Source: Macrostomum hystrix
Taxonomy: Eukaryota > Animalia > Platyhelminthes
Reading direction: 5' to 3'
NCBI GenBank assembly: GCA_950097015.1
Contig: CATNEN010000005.1
Coordinates: 3,844,001 to 3,908,000 of the forward strand
DNA length: 64,000 nucleotides
The translations under genes were made by a program, and so were the position numbers. The stretch's first letter is position 1, and every line of letters starts with the position of its first letter. Shown piece by piece: positions 1 through 12,513 of the stretch. The notes under the pieces are model-generated. The model searched no databases and had not been told where the DNA came from. It worked only from the letters and a program-made list of their open reading frames with translations.

Positions 1-34
1 CTGTCGTTACTAAATTTCTATTTCAATAATACAG

Positions 35-3000
35 CCACGAGCGCCCAACATCAGAGGCAGAAGCTGCGTTCGTCAGCAACATCAAAAGCGCCGCCCGCAG
101 AAGCGTTGTGCAGCCGGCATACCAGCTTTCGAGTGTGCCGTCCAAATGCGGACACTGCGGCGAAGCATTTCAGCTAGCCCAGCGGATGCTGCGGACTGGA
201 AGCGGCGAGGACGAAGCTTGGCACGAGTGGTGTTTGCGGTGAGTACTGAGTTAGGGAGAGTGGGGGAGTGATGGGAAACCTTGTAATAAAAATATGAGCT
301 AATTTTTTTGGCATGCTTGGTGCCTCAAATCCATTAAACTGCGATTCGCTGTTAAATGAAATAATTAATTTTTGTGGACTGGTTCATAGCGGCACCACAA
401 TATATTTAAACTGAGGCCGCACCTGCATGAATTCACGCCTGGGAATCCGCTGAAGAAATTTATTTCTTCGTCGCAGTTGGTTTCTAGGATTAAAAAAGCT
501 TTTCTTGCACTAGCAGCTAGCCTGTGTTGCGCAAATTATATTAATAATTGCGTACAAACTTTCAAAGTAAAACTAAAGTAACAGCAAGGAACTATATAGC
601 CTTCTTGGCATTAGTTGCCATGGCAACATAATCCTCTGCTTTTTGCAAACGGTGCCTCTCTCTTCCCTAACTGTCTTATGTGGCCAGAGAGCTCAATGTG
701 ATACGGGCGGCGCTCCTCGCGGGTTGGACGCCTTGAACACAACTATTAACGAATGGCAAGCAAACCTGAACGAAGGAAAGAGAGGGGGGAGAGAGCCTGT
801 TTGCACACGAATATAACGGAACACTGATGCATTTTCATGCATTATTACTTAGAACTAAAAAAAGCCTGTCTTCACTGAGCACCGACAATGCTGTCAGTAA
901 CGTATAGTCTGGTGACAACTATTCAGTGTAATGATTCTGAAGCTATGCGTTCGATTGATCCAGCCGGCAATGTTGGCGAGGACGATAAGACGAAGATAGT
1001 CGCTGCAACAGCTGAAGTTTTGGCAACGCCAAAACGGTTTAAATCGGCAGGTCGATTTTTGCCACGATCGGAAACGCACCCGTTGAGGGAGCGGCACTGC
1101 AGAGTGTGCCGAGCCGTGTCGCAGGGGTCATTAGCGACTCTGCACTGCAGACAGTGCGAGAAAGCTCTGGACTCGACTTCAGCTGCCGGGGCAGTCAGCC
1201 ATTCTGACGGTGTTTGGCATCGGGGCTGCTTTGTGTGAGTGCTCTGAGCCTAGGAGTTGCTCTAGACAGTCCTGTAAAAGTACACGCACTTCTAACCCCA
1301 ATTCCGTGTCCCTCGTCACAGCGGCAACTGACAGCCACTTTTTTGGAGACCACGCAGTGGTCAGATAAACCCGTCAGCCATTCCCGTCTGTTCAAGTGTC
1401 ACTCGAGACAGTAGGAGGGGGCGAGGGACAGTAGGAAGGGTGAGGGACAGTAGGAAGGGTGAGGGACAGTAGGAAGGGTGAGGGACAGTAGGAAGGTTGA
1501 GGGACAGTAGGAAGGGTGAGGGACAGTAGGAAGGGTGAGGGACAGTAGGAAGGGTGAGGGACAGTAGGAAGGGTGAGGGACAGTAGGAAGGGTGAGGGAC
1601 AGTAGGAAAAGCGAGGGACAGTACGAAGGGCGAGGGACAGTAGGAAGGGGTATGAGACAGTAGGAAGGGGCGAGGGACAGTAGGAAGGGGCGATGGACAG
1701 TAGGAAGGGTGAGGGACAGTAGGAAGGGTGAGGGACAGTAGGAAGGGTGAGGGACAGTAGGAAGGTTGAGGGACAGTAGGAAGGGTGAGGGACAGTAGGA
1801 GGGGGCGAGGGACAGTAGGAAGGGCGAGGGACAGTAGGAAGGGTGAGGGACAGTAGGAAGGGGTATGAGACAGTAGGAAGGGCGAGGGAAAGTACGAAGG
1901 GCGAGGGACAGTAGGAAGGGGCGAGGGACAGTAGGAAGGGGCGATGGACAGTAGGAAGGGTGAGGGACAGTAGGAAGGGTGAGGGACAGTAGGAAGGGTG
2001 AGGGACAGTAGGAAGGTTGAGGGACAGTAGGAAGGGTGAGGGACAGTAGGAAGGGTGAGGGACAGTAGGAAGGGTGAGGGACAGTAGGAAGGGTGAGGGA
2101 CAGTAGGAAGGGTGAGGGACAGTAGGAAAGGCGAGGGACAGTACGAAGGGCGAGGGACAGTAGGAAGGGGTATGAGACAGTAGGAAGGGGCGAGGGACAG
2201 TAGGAAGGGGCGATGGACAGTAGGAAGGGTGAGGGACAGTAGGAAGGGTGAGGGACAGTAGGAAAGGCGAGGGACAGTACGAAGGGCGAGGGACAGTAGG
2301 AAGGGGTATGAGACAGTAGGAAGGGGCGATGGACAGTAGGAAGGGGCGATGGACAGTAGGAAGGGTGAGGGACAGTAGGAAGGGTGAGGGACAGTAGGAA
2401 GGGTGAGGGACAGTAGGAAAGGCGAGGGACAGTACGAAGGGCGAGGGACAGTAGGAAGGGGTATGAGACAGTAGGAAGGGGCGAGGGACAGTAGGAAGGG
2501 GCGATGGACAGTAGGAAGGGTGAGGGACAGTAGGAAGGGTGAGGGACAGTAGGAAGGGTGAGGGACAGTAGGAAGGTTGAGGGACAGTAGGAAGGGCGAG
2601 GGACAGTAGGAAGGGCGAGGGACAGTAGGAAGGGCGAGGGACAGTAGGAAGGGGCGAGGGACAGTAGGAAGGGTGAGGGACAGTAGGAAGGGCGAGGGAA
2701 AGTACGAAGGGCGAGGGACAGTAGGAAGGGGCGATGGACAGTAGGAAGGGTGAGGGACAGTAGGAAGGGCGAGGGACAGTAGGAAGGGCGAGGGACAGTA
2801 GGAAGGGCGAGGGACAGTTGGAAGGGGCGAGGGACAGTAGGAAGGGTGAGGGACAGTAGGAAGGGCGAGGGAAAGTACGAAGGGCGAGGGACAGTAGGAA
2901 GGGGCGAGGGACAGTAGGAAGGGGCGATGGACAGTAGGAAGGGCGAGGGACAGTAGGAAGGGCGAGGGACAGTAGGAAGGGGCGAGGGACAGTAGGAAGG

Positions 3001-6000
3001 GTGAGGGACAGTAGGAAGGGCGAGGGAAAGTACGAAGGGCGAGGGACAGTAGGAAGGGGCGAGGGACAGTAGGAAGGGGCGATGGACAGTAGGAAGGGTG
3101 AGTGACATCTAGGAATAAAATCGAGAAAATTTGTTAGAGTGAATAAAGAGTGAGTGCTGCATGAGGAGAAATAGCCAAGCTAAAAGAAGGCAGATAAGAG
3201 GGTTCGAGGATTTAGGTTTTATTCCTTAGCCACAGTTGTGCGATATCAGGCAAAGACAAACGCATATTCGCGTAAAAGAAAAATCAGCAGCAGGTAGCTT
3301 CAGCCACTAATGAATTGGAAATAGGGAAGACAGTTCTGTAAAAGTGCACGCACTTCTAACCCCGACTCCGTGTCCCTCGACACTGCGGCAATTGACGGAC
3401 GCATTATTAGGAGGCCGCGCAGGGGTCACATAAACCCGTGACTTCGTGAGGTACTTCTAACCCATTGCATTTCTCAGTTCGAGATTTATTGCTAATTTAT
3501 TAGAGGCTGATGTAAGTACATTGAACTGGAAACTGTATTTTCAAGCATTACATAACTCAGAGGTGTACATCACTCCTGGGTTTCTCATCTTCAGGCGTTT
3601 CATTCCCGCCGATTTGAATTTCATTGCCACCAGTTTGAATGTCATTCCCGTCAGTTTGAATGTCATTCCCGTCAGTTTGAATGTCATTCCCGTCAGTTTG
3701 AATGTCTATTCTTGAATGTTTGAATGTCATTCCCGTCAGTTTGAATGTCTATTCTTGAATGTTTGAATGTCATTCCCGTCAGTTTGAATGTCTATTCTTG
3801 AATGTTTGAATGTCATTCCCATCAGTTTGAGTGTCATTCCCGTCAGTTTGAATGTCATTCCCGTCAGTTTGAATGTCATTCCCGTCAGTTTGAATGTCAT
3901 ACCCATCAGTTTGAATGTTATTCCCATCAGTTTGAATGTCTATTCCTGACTGTTTGAATGTCATTCCCATCAGTTTGAATGTCATTCCCGTCAGTTTGAA
4001 TGTCATTCCCGTCAGTTTGAATGTCATTCCCGTCAGTTTGAATGTCATTCCCGTCAGTTTGAATGTCACTCCCGTCAGTTTGAATGTCATTCCCATCAGT
4101 TTGAATGTCATTCCCGTCAGTTTGAATGTCATTCCCGTCAGTTTGAATGTCATTCCTGTCAGTTTGAATGTCATTCCCGTCAGTTTGAATGTCATTCCCG
4201 TCAGTTTGAATGTCATTCCCGTCAGTTTGAATGTCATTCCCATCAGTTTGAGTGTCATTCCCGTCAGTTTGAATGTCATTCCCGTCAGTTTGAATGTCAT
4301 TCCCGTCAGTTTGAATGTAAATTCCGTCTGTTTCAATGTCATTCCCGTCAGTTTGAATGTCATTCCTGTCAGTTTGAATGTCATTCCTGTCAGTTTGAAT
4401 GTCATTCCCGTCAGTTTGAATGTCATTCCCGTCAGTTTGAATGTCATTCCCGTCAGTTTGAATGTCATTCCCGTCAGTTTGAATGTCATTCCCGTCAGTT
4501 TGAATGTCATTCCTATCAGTTTGAATGTCATTCCCGTCAGTTTGAATGTCATTCCCATCAGTTTGAATGTCATTCCCGTCAGTTTGAATGTCATTCCCAT
4601 CAGTTTGAATGTCATTCCCGTCAGTTTGAATGTCATTCCCGTCAGTTTGAATGTCATTCCCGTCAGTTTGAATGTCATTCCTATCAGTTTGAATGTCATT
4701 CCCGTCAGTTTGAATGTCATTCCCATCAGTTTGAATGTCATTCCCGTCAGTTTGAATGTCATTCCCGTCAGTTTGAATGTCATTCCCGTCAGTTTGAATG
4801 TCATTCCCGTCAGTTTGAATGTCATTCCCGTCAGTTTGAATGTAAATTCAGTCAGTTTGAATGTCATTCCCGTCAGTTTGAATGTCATTCCCGTCAGTTT
4901 GAATGTAAATTCCGTCTGTTTCAATGTCATTCCCGTCAGTTTGAATGTCATTCCTGTCAGTTTGAATGTCATTCCTGTCAGTTTGAATGTCATTCCCGTC
5001 AGTTTGAATGTCATTCCCGTCAGTTTGAATGTCATTCCCGTCAGTTTGAATGTCATTCCCGTCAGTTTGAATGTCATTCCTGTCAGTTTGAATGTCATTC
5101 CCGTCAGTTTGAATGTCATTCCCGTCAGTTTGAATGTCATTCCCATCAGTTTGAATGTCATTCCCGTCAGTTTGAATGTCATTCCCGTCAGTTTGAATGT
5201 CATTCCCGTCAGTTTGAATGTCATTCCCATCAGTTTGAATGTCATTCCTATCAGTTTGAATGTCATTCCCGTCAGTTTGAATGTCATTCCCGTCAGTTTG
5301 AATGTCATTCCCATCAGTTTGAATGTCATTCCCATCAGTTTGAATGTCATTCCCATCAGTTTGAATGTCATTCCCGTCAGTTTGAATGTCATTCCTGTCA
5401 GTTTGAATGTCATTCCCGTCAGTTTGAATGTCATTCCCGTCAGTTTGAATGTCATTCCCATCAGTTTGAATGTCATTCCCGTCAGTTTGAATGTCATTCC
5501 CGTCAGTTTGAATGTCATTCCCGTCAGTTTGAATGTCATTCCTGTCAGTTTGAATGTCATTCCCGTCAGTTTGAATGTAAATTCCGTCAGTTTGAGTGTA
5601 GTCTCTATGACTTCTACTCATTTTTTATGTCTGTGTCTCAGCAATCATTTTTTAGTCCAAAGGATTTACGGCTTCTAGTACTCTTAGGGTTATCAATCCA
5701 TAATCCTAATTCTTTATTCAAGGCTCTCTACTTGATCTGTTATGTAGAGAACTTACTGCTGTAGTTGCTAAGTCTATAATGAAAGTATAGTCCAATCTAG
5801 AGGGATTCTACGATTCTGTCTCCCTTGCCCAACCATCTGACTATCATATATTGCCGTTTTAGGCTTCCATGCAGCTCCGTTAATCTAGATTGAGCGGATA
5901 GCTCGAGAAAACAGATTTATATTCATGAAATACCCGTTAAAGAACTCGTTTCGGGTGTCTATCGATCATTCTCCCTTTTACTGTCTCGATTTTCTCATCT

Positions 6001-9000
6001 CACATTGGCTTTTCGTTTTTTAAAGATTACTAAAATGTCTTAAACAAGTCGGTTATTTTTATAATTATACAATTTTCCTATAAATTCTAGCTAAATTTCA
6101 ATAGAATAAATGCACAATATTTACTCAGCCTACCTTCTCTACCTTACGCATCATTCTATGGAACAAAAATGAAATTTCGCATTTTCATTGTTCTCGGACA
6201 CTCTTGCCTGATTACGCAACACAATTTTTATGAATAGGCGTGTGCATCAACTCTGATTACAGACCAGCAATGCGTGCTTGCCAGGAACTGACTGCTTCAA
6301 GGAAGGCAGACAAGCCTGTCTAGAACAGGGCCTTAGCAACCGTTTAAGTGGAACCCCTTCAAGTGTTGGCTGAGTCTATTAATTATTTTTCGACGCATTG
6401 TAATCAAATTCGTTTGTCGAATCCATTCAGGGGGTCAGTGGCAGAGCGGTCTAACGCGTTTGCCTCTCGCACCAAGGTCCCTGAGCTCGATTCGGCGGCG
6501 AGGCCACATTAATTTGGAGCGCAGCCGCGGAGAGAAGGCCTGCGGGCTTGTTGTGCAATTTACACGCTTGAGGGCCAATCTTTAAGGCACAGTGAGAGTG
6601 TACACTGCCTGACGATAAGAATGTCTGGGCAGATGTACACGCCTGTATGAGTGTGTCCCTGAGTAAACTGTATCGGTGTAATAATAATAATATTATTATT
6701 ATTGACAAATCTCCACTCGCCCATATAATCAAATCTCGCTACAGGTGTGCCCAATGCTTCCGTCCATTTCAAGATGGCAAATTTTACGAGGTGAGCAATA
6801 GCTGATGGTTATTACTAGCCATCTAGCCCCCCTCCGGATGGCACAAGCGAAATCCTTTCCACTGTTAACAGATCGACAAAACCCTTGGCAGATGGAAAAT
6901 CCCAGCAACAGAGAACTAATTCCTCCCAGCAACAGAGAACTAATTCCTCCCAGCAACAGAGAACTAATTCCTCCCAGCAACAGAGAACTAATTCCTCCCA
7001 GCAACAGAGAACTAATTCCTCCCAGCAACAGAGAACTAATTCCTCCCAGCAACAGAGAACTAATACCTCCCAGCAACAGAGAACTAATACCTCCCAGCAA
7101 CAGAGAACTAATTCCTCCCAGCAACAGAGAACTAATTCCTCCCAGCAACAGAGAACTAATTCCTCCCAGCAACAGAGAACTAATTCCTCCCAGCAACAGA
7201 GAACTAATTCCTCCCAGCAACAGAGAACTAATACCTCCCAGCAACAGAGAACTAATTCCTCCCAGCAACAGAGAACTAATTCCTCCCAGCAACAGAGAAC
7301 TAATTCCTCCCAGCAACAGAGAACTAATTCCTCCCAGCAACAGGGAACTAATTCCTCCCAGCAACAGAGAACTAATTCCTCCCAGCAACAGAGAACTAAT
7401 TCCTCCCAGCAACAGAGAACTAATTCCTCCCAGCAACAGGGAACTAATTCCTCCCAGCAACAGAGAACTAATTCCTCCCAGCAACAGAGAACTAATTCCT
7501 CCCAGCAACAGAGAACTAATACCTCCCATTCCTTCCCATTCCATGACTTATTCGTTGGCAGTTTGACGGCCGTATGTTTTGCGAGTACGACTTCAATGTT
7601 CTGTTCAAGCCGTGCTGCGCCAAGTGTGGTGAGTTTTGTTTTAATCAATGTGTGTCTAATCAAAAGGCAAATTTAATGAATAAAAATTGTTTGCGTTTTT
7701 TAATTCAAAAATGTTTTTAACAAATTAAATGTCAGGACGTAAAACACAGCTTTTTCTATTAGACTTTGATCGGCATTAGCTGAAATACAAGTTCAGCCTT
7801 GCTTTACGTTTCGCTTTTCTTCCAATCATGCACTTTAACGAATTAACGAGGCAAACTTTTGAAATAGTGCAAAATTAGGTTTTAGTCTGCAGGTTTGCGA
7901 CTGCAAAGAAGCCAATTAACCCCAAACGACCCTTTTACTTTTACATTGTAAACTTGATATCTTTGTATTTCTCACACGCACTCTAGCAGTACCGAGCGTA
8001 TAACTCTCTCAATGCCAAGCATGTGTGCTGATGAGGGGCTGACTGGGTCCCATTAGTGGCCGCGCCGCGCCCTCGGAACACTTAATTAAACGCGACCGCA
8101 GACCACACACTCTGGTTCTGGGTCTAAAATTAGCAAATACATGTGCGCAGACCCTGCCTGAGCCAGTAGAGCTGGGCTATGGTGAGCAGAACAGAGAAGA
8201 ACACAACACGAAGAAAAACCCAGAGATTCGATCCGCAGAGAGTGCGCCGTAAAATCACGCCTCAGTGAAACTCAATCCCGCACATGAGACACAGAACAGC
8301 GGGTTATTGCTCCTTCATTGAACAAGAATATAATTCAGTGTGCTCACAATCCTAGTAGGCTAGGATACTTTGCTAGAAGGCTATACATGTTTAGTAACTG
8401 GGGTTTAGGCAGTACTTGCTTTAATAATGCGGCCTCCAGTGAAGTCGGGGCGAAAAAATCTAGTGTACTTTGCGCTTGGATTTATGCACTAAAAATCAAT
8501 GGAGTATATTGCTCAAGCATGGAATATTTGCAGCGGAAAAATAGACTCTCGCCACAATGGGACTGCGTTAGACTTATTTGAAGACCGATCACTTAATTTC
8601 CATTATAGAGCCTCAATTTAAGGATCTTCTAGGAGCAAAGACTCCCAATCTAAGCAGAGATGCAGACGGAAGGTATTGCATATGTACGCGCAGTTCTGTG
8701 TGTGTGCGGGTGTGTGCGTGTGTGCGCCGTGCGGTTGTATGGCTAGGTAAGTTACCCTTCTAATGAATGTATACTATGGGATCATTAGCATCCAGTTGAC
8801 TGTCGTAATACTGAAACATTGGTTTTAATTAGAAAATAAAAATAAAATCCGCAAACAACCTCAACTCCACCACCAACCTCAACTCCACAACCAGCCTCAA
8901 CTCCACAACAAACCTCAACTCCGCAACAGACCTCAACTCCACAACCAGCCTCAACTCCACAACCAATCTCAACTCCACAACAAACTTCAACTCCACAGCA

Positions 9001-11088
9001 AACCTCAACTCCACAACAAACCTCAACTCCACAACCAACCTCAACTCCACAACCAACCTCAACTCCACAACCAACCTCAACTCCACAACCAACCTCAACT
9101 CCATAACCAACCTCAACTCCACAACCAACCTCAACTCGACAAACAACATTAACTCCACAACCAACCTCAACTCCACCACCAACCTCAACTCCACAACCAG
9201 CCTCAACTCCACAACAAACCTCAACTCCGCAACAGACCTCAACTCCACAACAGATCTCAACTCCACAACCAACCTCAACTCCACAACCAACCTCAACTCC
9301 ACAACCAACCTCAACTCCACCACCAACCTCAACTCCACAACAAACTTCAACTCCGCAACAGACCTCAACTCCACAACCAACCTCAACTCCACAACCAACC
9401 TCAACTCGACAAACAACCTTAACTCCACAACCAACCTCAACTCCACAACCAACCTCAACTCCACAACCAACCTCAACTCCACAACCAACCTCAACTCCAC
9501 AACCAACCTCAACTCCACAACCAGCCTCAACTCCACAACCAATCTCAACTCCACAACCAGCCTCAACTCTACAACCAATCTCAACTCCACCACCAACCTC
9601 AACTCCACAACCAATCTCAACTCCACAACCAACCTCAACTCCACAACCAACCTCAACTCCACCACCAACCTCAACTCCACAACCAACCTCAACTCCACAA
9701 CCAGCCTCAACTCCACAACCAATCTCAACTCCACAACAAACTTCAACTCCACAGCAAACCTCAACTCCACAACAAACCTCAACTCCACAACAAACTTCAA
9801 CTCCACAACAAACCTCAACTCCACAACGAACCTTAAATTCCTCAACATACCTAAACTTCAAAGCCAACCTCGACTCCAGAACCAACCCCAGCTCCAGAAT
9901 CGAACCCAACTAAAAAAACTTAAAAAATAACCGAATAAAAATAAAAATAAAATCGTGCAACCTTCATCTTCGATTCGCACCCACCAAAAGGCGACTATAT
10001 TGTTGGCCCGGTGGTCCGCGCACTACAGGCCTCCTGGCATCCGGCCTGTTTCTCTTGCAACCGTTGCGGTCGCACCCTAGCTGATGCCTTCCTGAAGAGC
10101 CTCGGCCGAGCCCTGTGCCGCGAGTGCAGCGTGGCTGAACGAATACAAGCTTCTGCCAGATATTTGTGCAATCGGTGAGTCGATATGTACCAATATTTTT
10201 CGCGAAAAAGCCAATAACTCTCGAATCTCAATCTGAAGAGGATAAAACACAATCCAGCTGCAAGGACTCAGTCGACGAATCCGAGTTACTGCGCTACCGC
10301 GGCGACAACTACCACGCCTATCACTTCTCCTGCACCGGCTGTCGCTCCGAGCTGACTGCCGAGGCGCGCGAAAAAGATGACAGCCTGTACTGCACACGCT
10401 GCTTTGACCGGCTTGGAATTCCAGTGTGCGCCCGCTGCCGGCGGTCCATTGATCAGGAGCGAGTGGTGCACGCTCTCGGCAAAGCCTGGCACGTCGAGCA
10501 TTTCGTCTGCGCCGCCTGCGAGAAGCCGTTCAACGGAACGCGCCATTTTGAACGACGCGGCGAAGCTTACTGCGAGACTCACTTTCAGCAGATGTACGGC
10601 CGAATGTGCTTCCTCTGCAGTGAAACAATTCATGACGAATGCGTGCAAGCCTGCGGCAAGAGCTGGTGCGGGCAGCACTTCCGATGCACCGTGTGCGACA
10701 GGCCGATGAACCAGAAGTGAGAACAGTGCACCGTATGCTTCTATCCACATTTACAGAAAACTGAGGACCAAGATAGATGTTAAAAATTACACTTTGTCTA
10801 ATTGGCCAAGCCATTTCGAAGGGTACTTCTGCTGACCTCTTGATTTTTTTGTAAAAAACGAAAATAAGTCAGCACAGTTACTATTTCCTTGATGACTGAA
10901 CTTATTTTAATCAAGAAAAAGTAAGTTAAATAAGTTTGATTAGCTACAACAAAACTTCATCAATGTTCCTCGTCCATTCTAGGAGTAAATTCTACGAATA
11001 CGACCTGAAGCCGGTGTGCAAGAAATGCTACGAGAGATTTCCGACAGAGCTGAGGAAACGACTGGCGAAAATTCATAAGCAGAATTGA
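35..11088 (+). CDS. LIMS1: PINCH/LIMS (UNC-97-like) LIM-domain adaptor, spliced. Exons: 35-238 (extra/alternative), ~888-1234, 6745-6790, 7562-7628, 9991-10174, 10258-10716, 10983-11088
   Basis: Joined exons read ...CRQCEK..WHRGCFV|[15 protein letters not shown]|[22 protein letters not shown]|[19 protein letters not shown]|[37 protein letters not shown]|[27 protein letters not shown]. This follows the five-LIM PINCH pattern and its C-terminal tail. All introns from 1235 onward are GT-AG and phase-compatible. The 5' structure (35-238 versus 888-1234) is uncertain. Confidence 0.93.
614..627. promoter_or_regulatory. Perfect palindromic RFX X-box (GTTGCCATGGCAAC)
   Basis: Exact 14-bp palindrome matching the RFX/DAF-19 X-box consensus, about 260 bp upstream of the ATG at 888. 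Confidence 0.6.
1407..3102 (+). repeat. Minisatellite, 19-20 bp unit (GAGGGACAGTAGGAAGGG[T/GC]), purine-rich, in a PINCH intron
   Basis: Directly visible tandem array of ~1.7 kb, with variant units (GGTATGAGAC, GGGCGATGGAC, GAAAGTACGAA). Confidence 0.98.
3597..5600 (+). repeat. Minisatellite, 21 bp unit (GTCAGTTTGAATGTCATTCCC), in a PINCH intron
   Basis: Directly visible ~2 kb array with a degenerate left edge; it generates the spurious SLNVIPV/MTFKLTG ORFs. Confidence 0.98.
6431..6692 (+). mobile_element. tRNA-derived SINE, family A
   Basis: A-box-like TGGCAGAGCGGTCTAA and B-box-like GAGCTCGATTC at the head, conserved body, (TAA)n tail; four further diverged copies lie on the minus strand in this window. 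Confidence 0.8.
6901..7527 (+). repeat. Minisatellite, 24 bp unit (CCCAGCAACAGAGAACTAATTCCT), in a PINCH intron
   Basis: About 26 near-perfect units ending ~35 bp before the 7562 acceptor. Confidence 0.98.
8853..9835 (+). repeat. Minisatellite, 18 bp unit (AACCTCAACTCCACAACC), in a PINCH intron
   Basis: About 1 kb C/A-rich tandem array. Confidence 0.97.
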
Positions 11089-11666
11089 TAATTACCAAAT
11101 AAAACTGCTAAGTATTTGTTGATTAACACCATTAACAACACTAATTATGTTTGTGTTTAGCAATCTGCTTTTTAACTAGCAATACTTTAATTTAGAACTG
11201 TTTTGAACTAAATCGACAAATATTTCTACGAATAAATCGATACTAGAGCAGTCTATATGCGCTACATTTTTCAATGTGAATATGTAAAAAGTTTTTTATC
11301 TCAGACCGGTATCATCCTTGATGTAGTCCCCGTTTGTCCGCCAACACAGTCTATGTCTTAAAGCATTTCATTTATTTGCCCCGGGAAAAATAAACGATTT
11401 ATTTCCCGCTCCCCCGGGGCGGATAAACGGAACGTTTACCATAGGCAACTCCCAGACGTCTGAGGGAAATAAAAAGAACGTAGCTGAAAGCTACAGACAG
11501 CCTTTCCAGCCTTACACGCCTTTTACACTTTTTACGCTTCTTCTTCAAACAGGTCTGCTTTTTACCATAGACTATGGACAGAGTCCGAGAGAGAAAGAGA
11601 GTCAGAGTTTATACACAGAGCGTAAAAGTGCAATTAAAGTTGGCGGGCAAACGGGGAATACATACC

Positions 11667-11790
11667 ATATTTCACATTTATTTCGGCTGTCTAGGGTGGA
11701 AAGGCACTCGGTGCGACATCCATTGACCTCGGCCAATTAATTTGCGCCTCGAGACTTCCAACCTAGGGAGCCGAAATAAATGGGAAATAT
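11667..11790. repeat. Imperfect inverted repeat (hairpin / MITE-like)
   Basis: ATATTTCACATTTATTTCGGCTGTCTAGGGTGGAAAG pairs with CTTCCAACCTAGGGAGCCGAAATAAATGGGAAATAT (~37 bp arms, ~50 nt loop). Confidence 0.6.
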
Positions 11791-12202
11791 TACATGTATA
11801 CATAATATTAATATTATAAAAATATTTATGTATACATTTCTTCAACTTTTCTCGCTCTTTTTTATATGTTCAACCAAAGTTAAAAAAGTTTCATTCAATT
11901 TGAACAGTTTATGGTAGCGCCCGGTCTGAAGTGCAGTCTGTTCCGATAGCCCATAGATATGACTTCCGCGTTGAATAAAAAATCGATTTGGTTCACAAGT
12001 TTAATCGACATTTTCCCTGAATGCTACTGGACAAAAAGTAGAACTAATGCGCCTAAAAATTAGCCCGAGTGGCACATCTAGTAAATATATATAGTATCTG
12101 TGGTATACATAATAAGTAGAAGATAAAGCATGGCATTTAGGGCGGGGGAAACTCGCAAATCAAAGCGAAAAAAGTGTAAGACTCGTTGAAAAGCATTGTT
12201 CT

Positions 12203-12513
12203 ATAATAATAATAATAATGGATTACACCTGCCCCAATAGGGTCAGATGTGCAGCCGACAGCACAGCCGCAGCTAATGCGCGGCGCATCTGAAGGCTGCG
12301 TACGGCTGTTCAGTCCATTGACTGGGGGGACGCCACACCCACCTTCAATTATCCCAGCTAATGCTGGTACCCATTTAACAGCTGGGTGAACTGAAGCAAT
12401 GCAGAGTTAAGTGTCTTGCTAAAGGACACAAATTGTTCCAGTGGAGACGGGAATCGAACCTCCGACCTTCAAGTCGTGAGTCCGACGCCCCAACCACTAG
12501 GCTACAACCTCCC
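12203..12513 (-). mobile_element. tRNA-derived SINE, family B
   Basis: Minus strand begins GGGAGGTTGTAGCCTAGTGG...GGTTCGATTCCC (tRNA-like A/B boxes), then GTGTCCTTTAGCAAGACACTTAAC...CACCCAGCTG..AATGGGTACC central block, then a (TTA)n tail. A related copy lies at 53755-53895. Confidence 0.8.

Noticed and set aside
3597-7527. CRISPR-like appearance of the regular repeats
   Set aside because: The units are head-to-tail with no unique spacers, there are no cas genes, and the context is eukaryotic.
1399-9909. Long ORFs (569, 593, 580, 257, 271, 253, 282, 263, 374, 339 aa) with repetitive peptides
   Set aside because: They are translations of intronic minisatellites that are stop-free in several frames on both strands; the real PINCH exons flank them.
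12440-12513. tRNA gene on the minus strand (CAC anticodon-like loop)
   Set aside because: The anticodon and acceptor stems pair poorly, and it continues into a SINE body and (TTA)n tail; treated as a SINE head.
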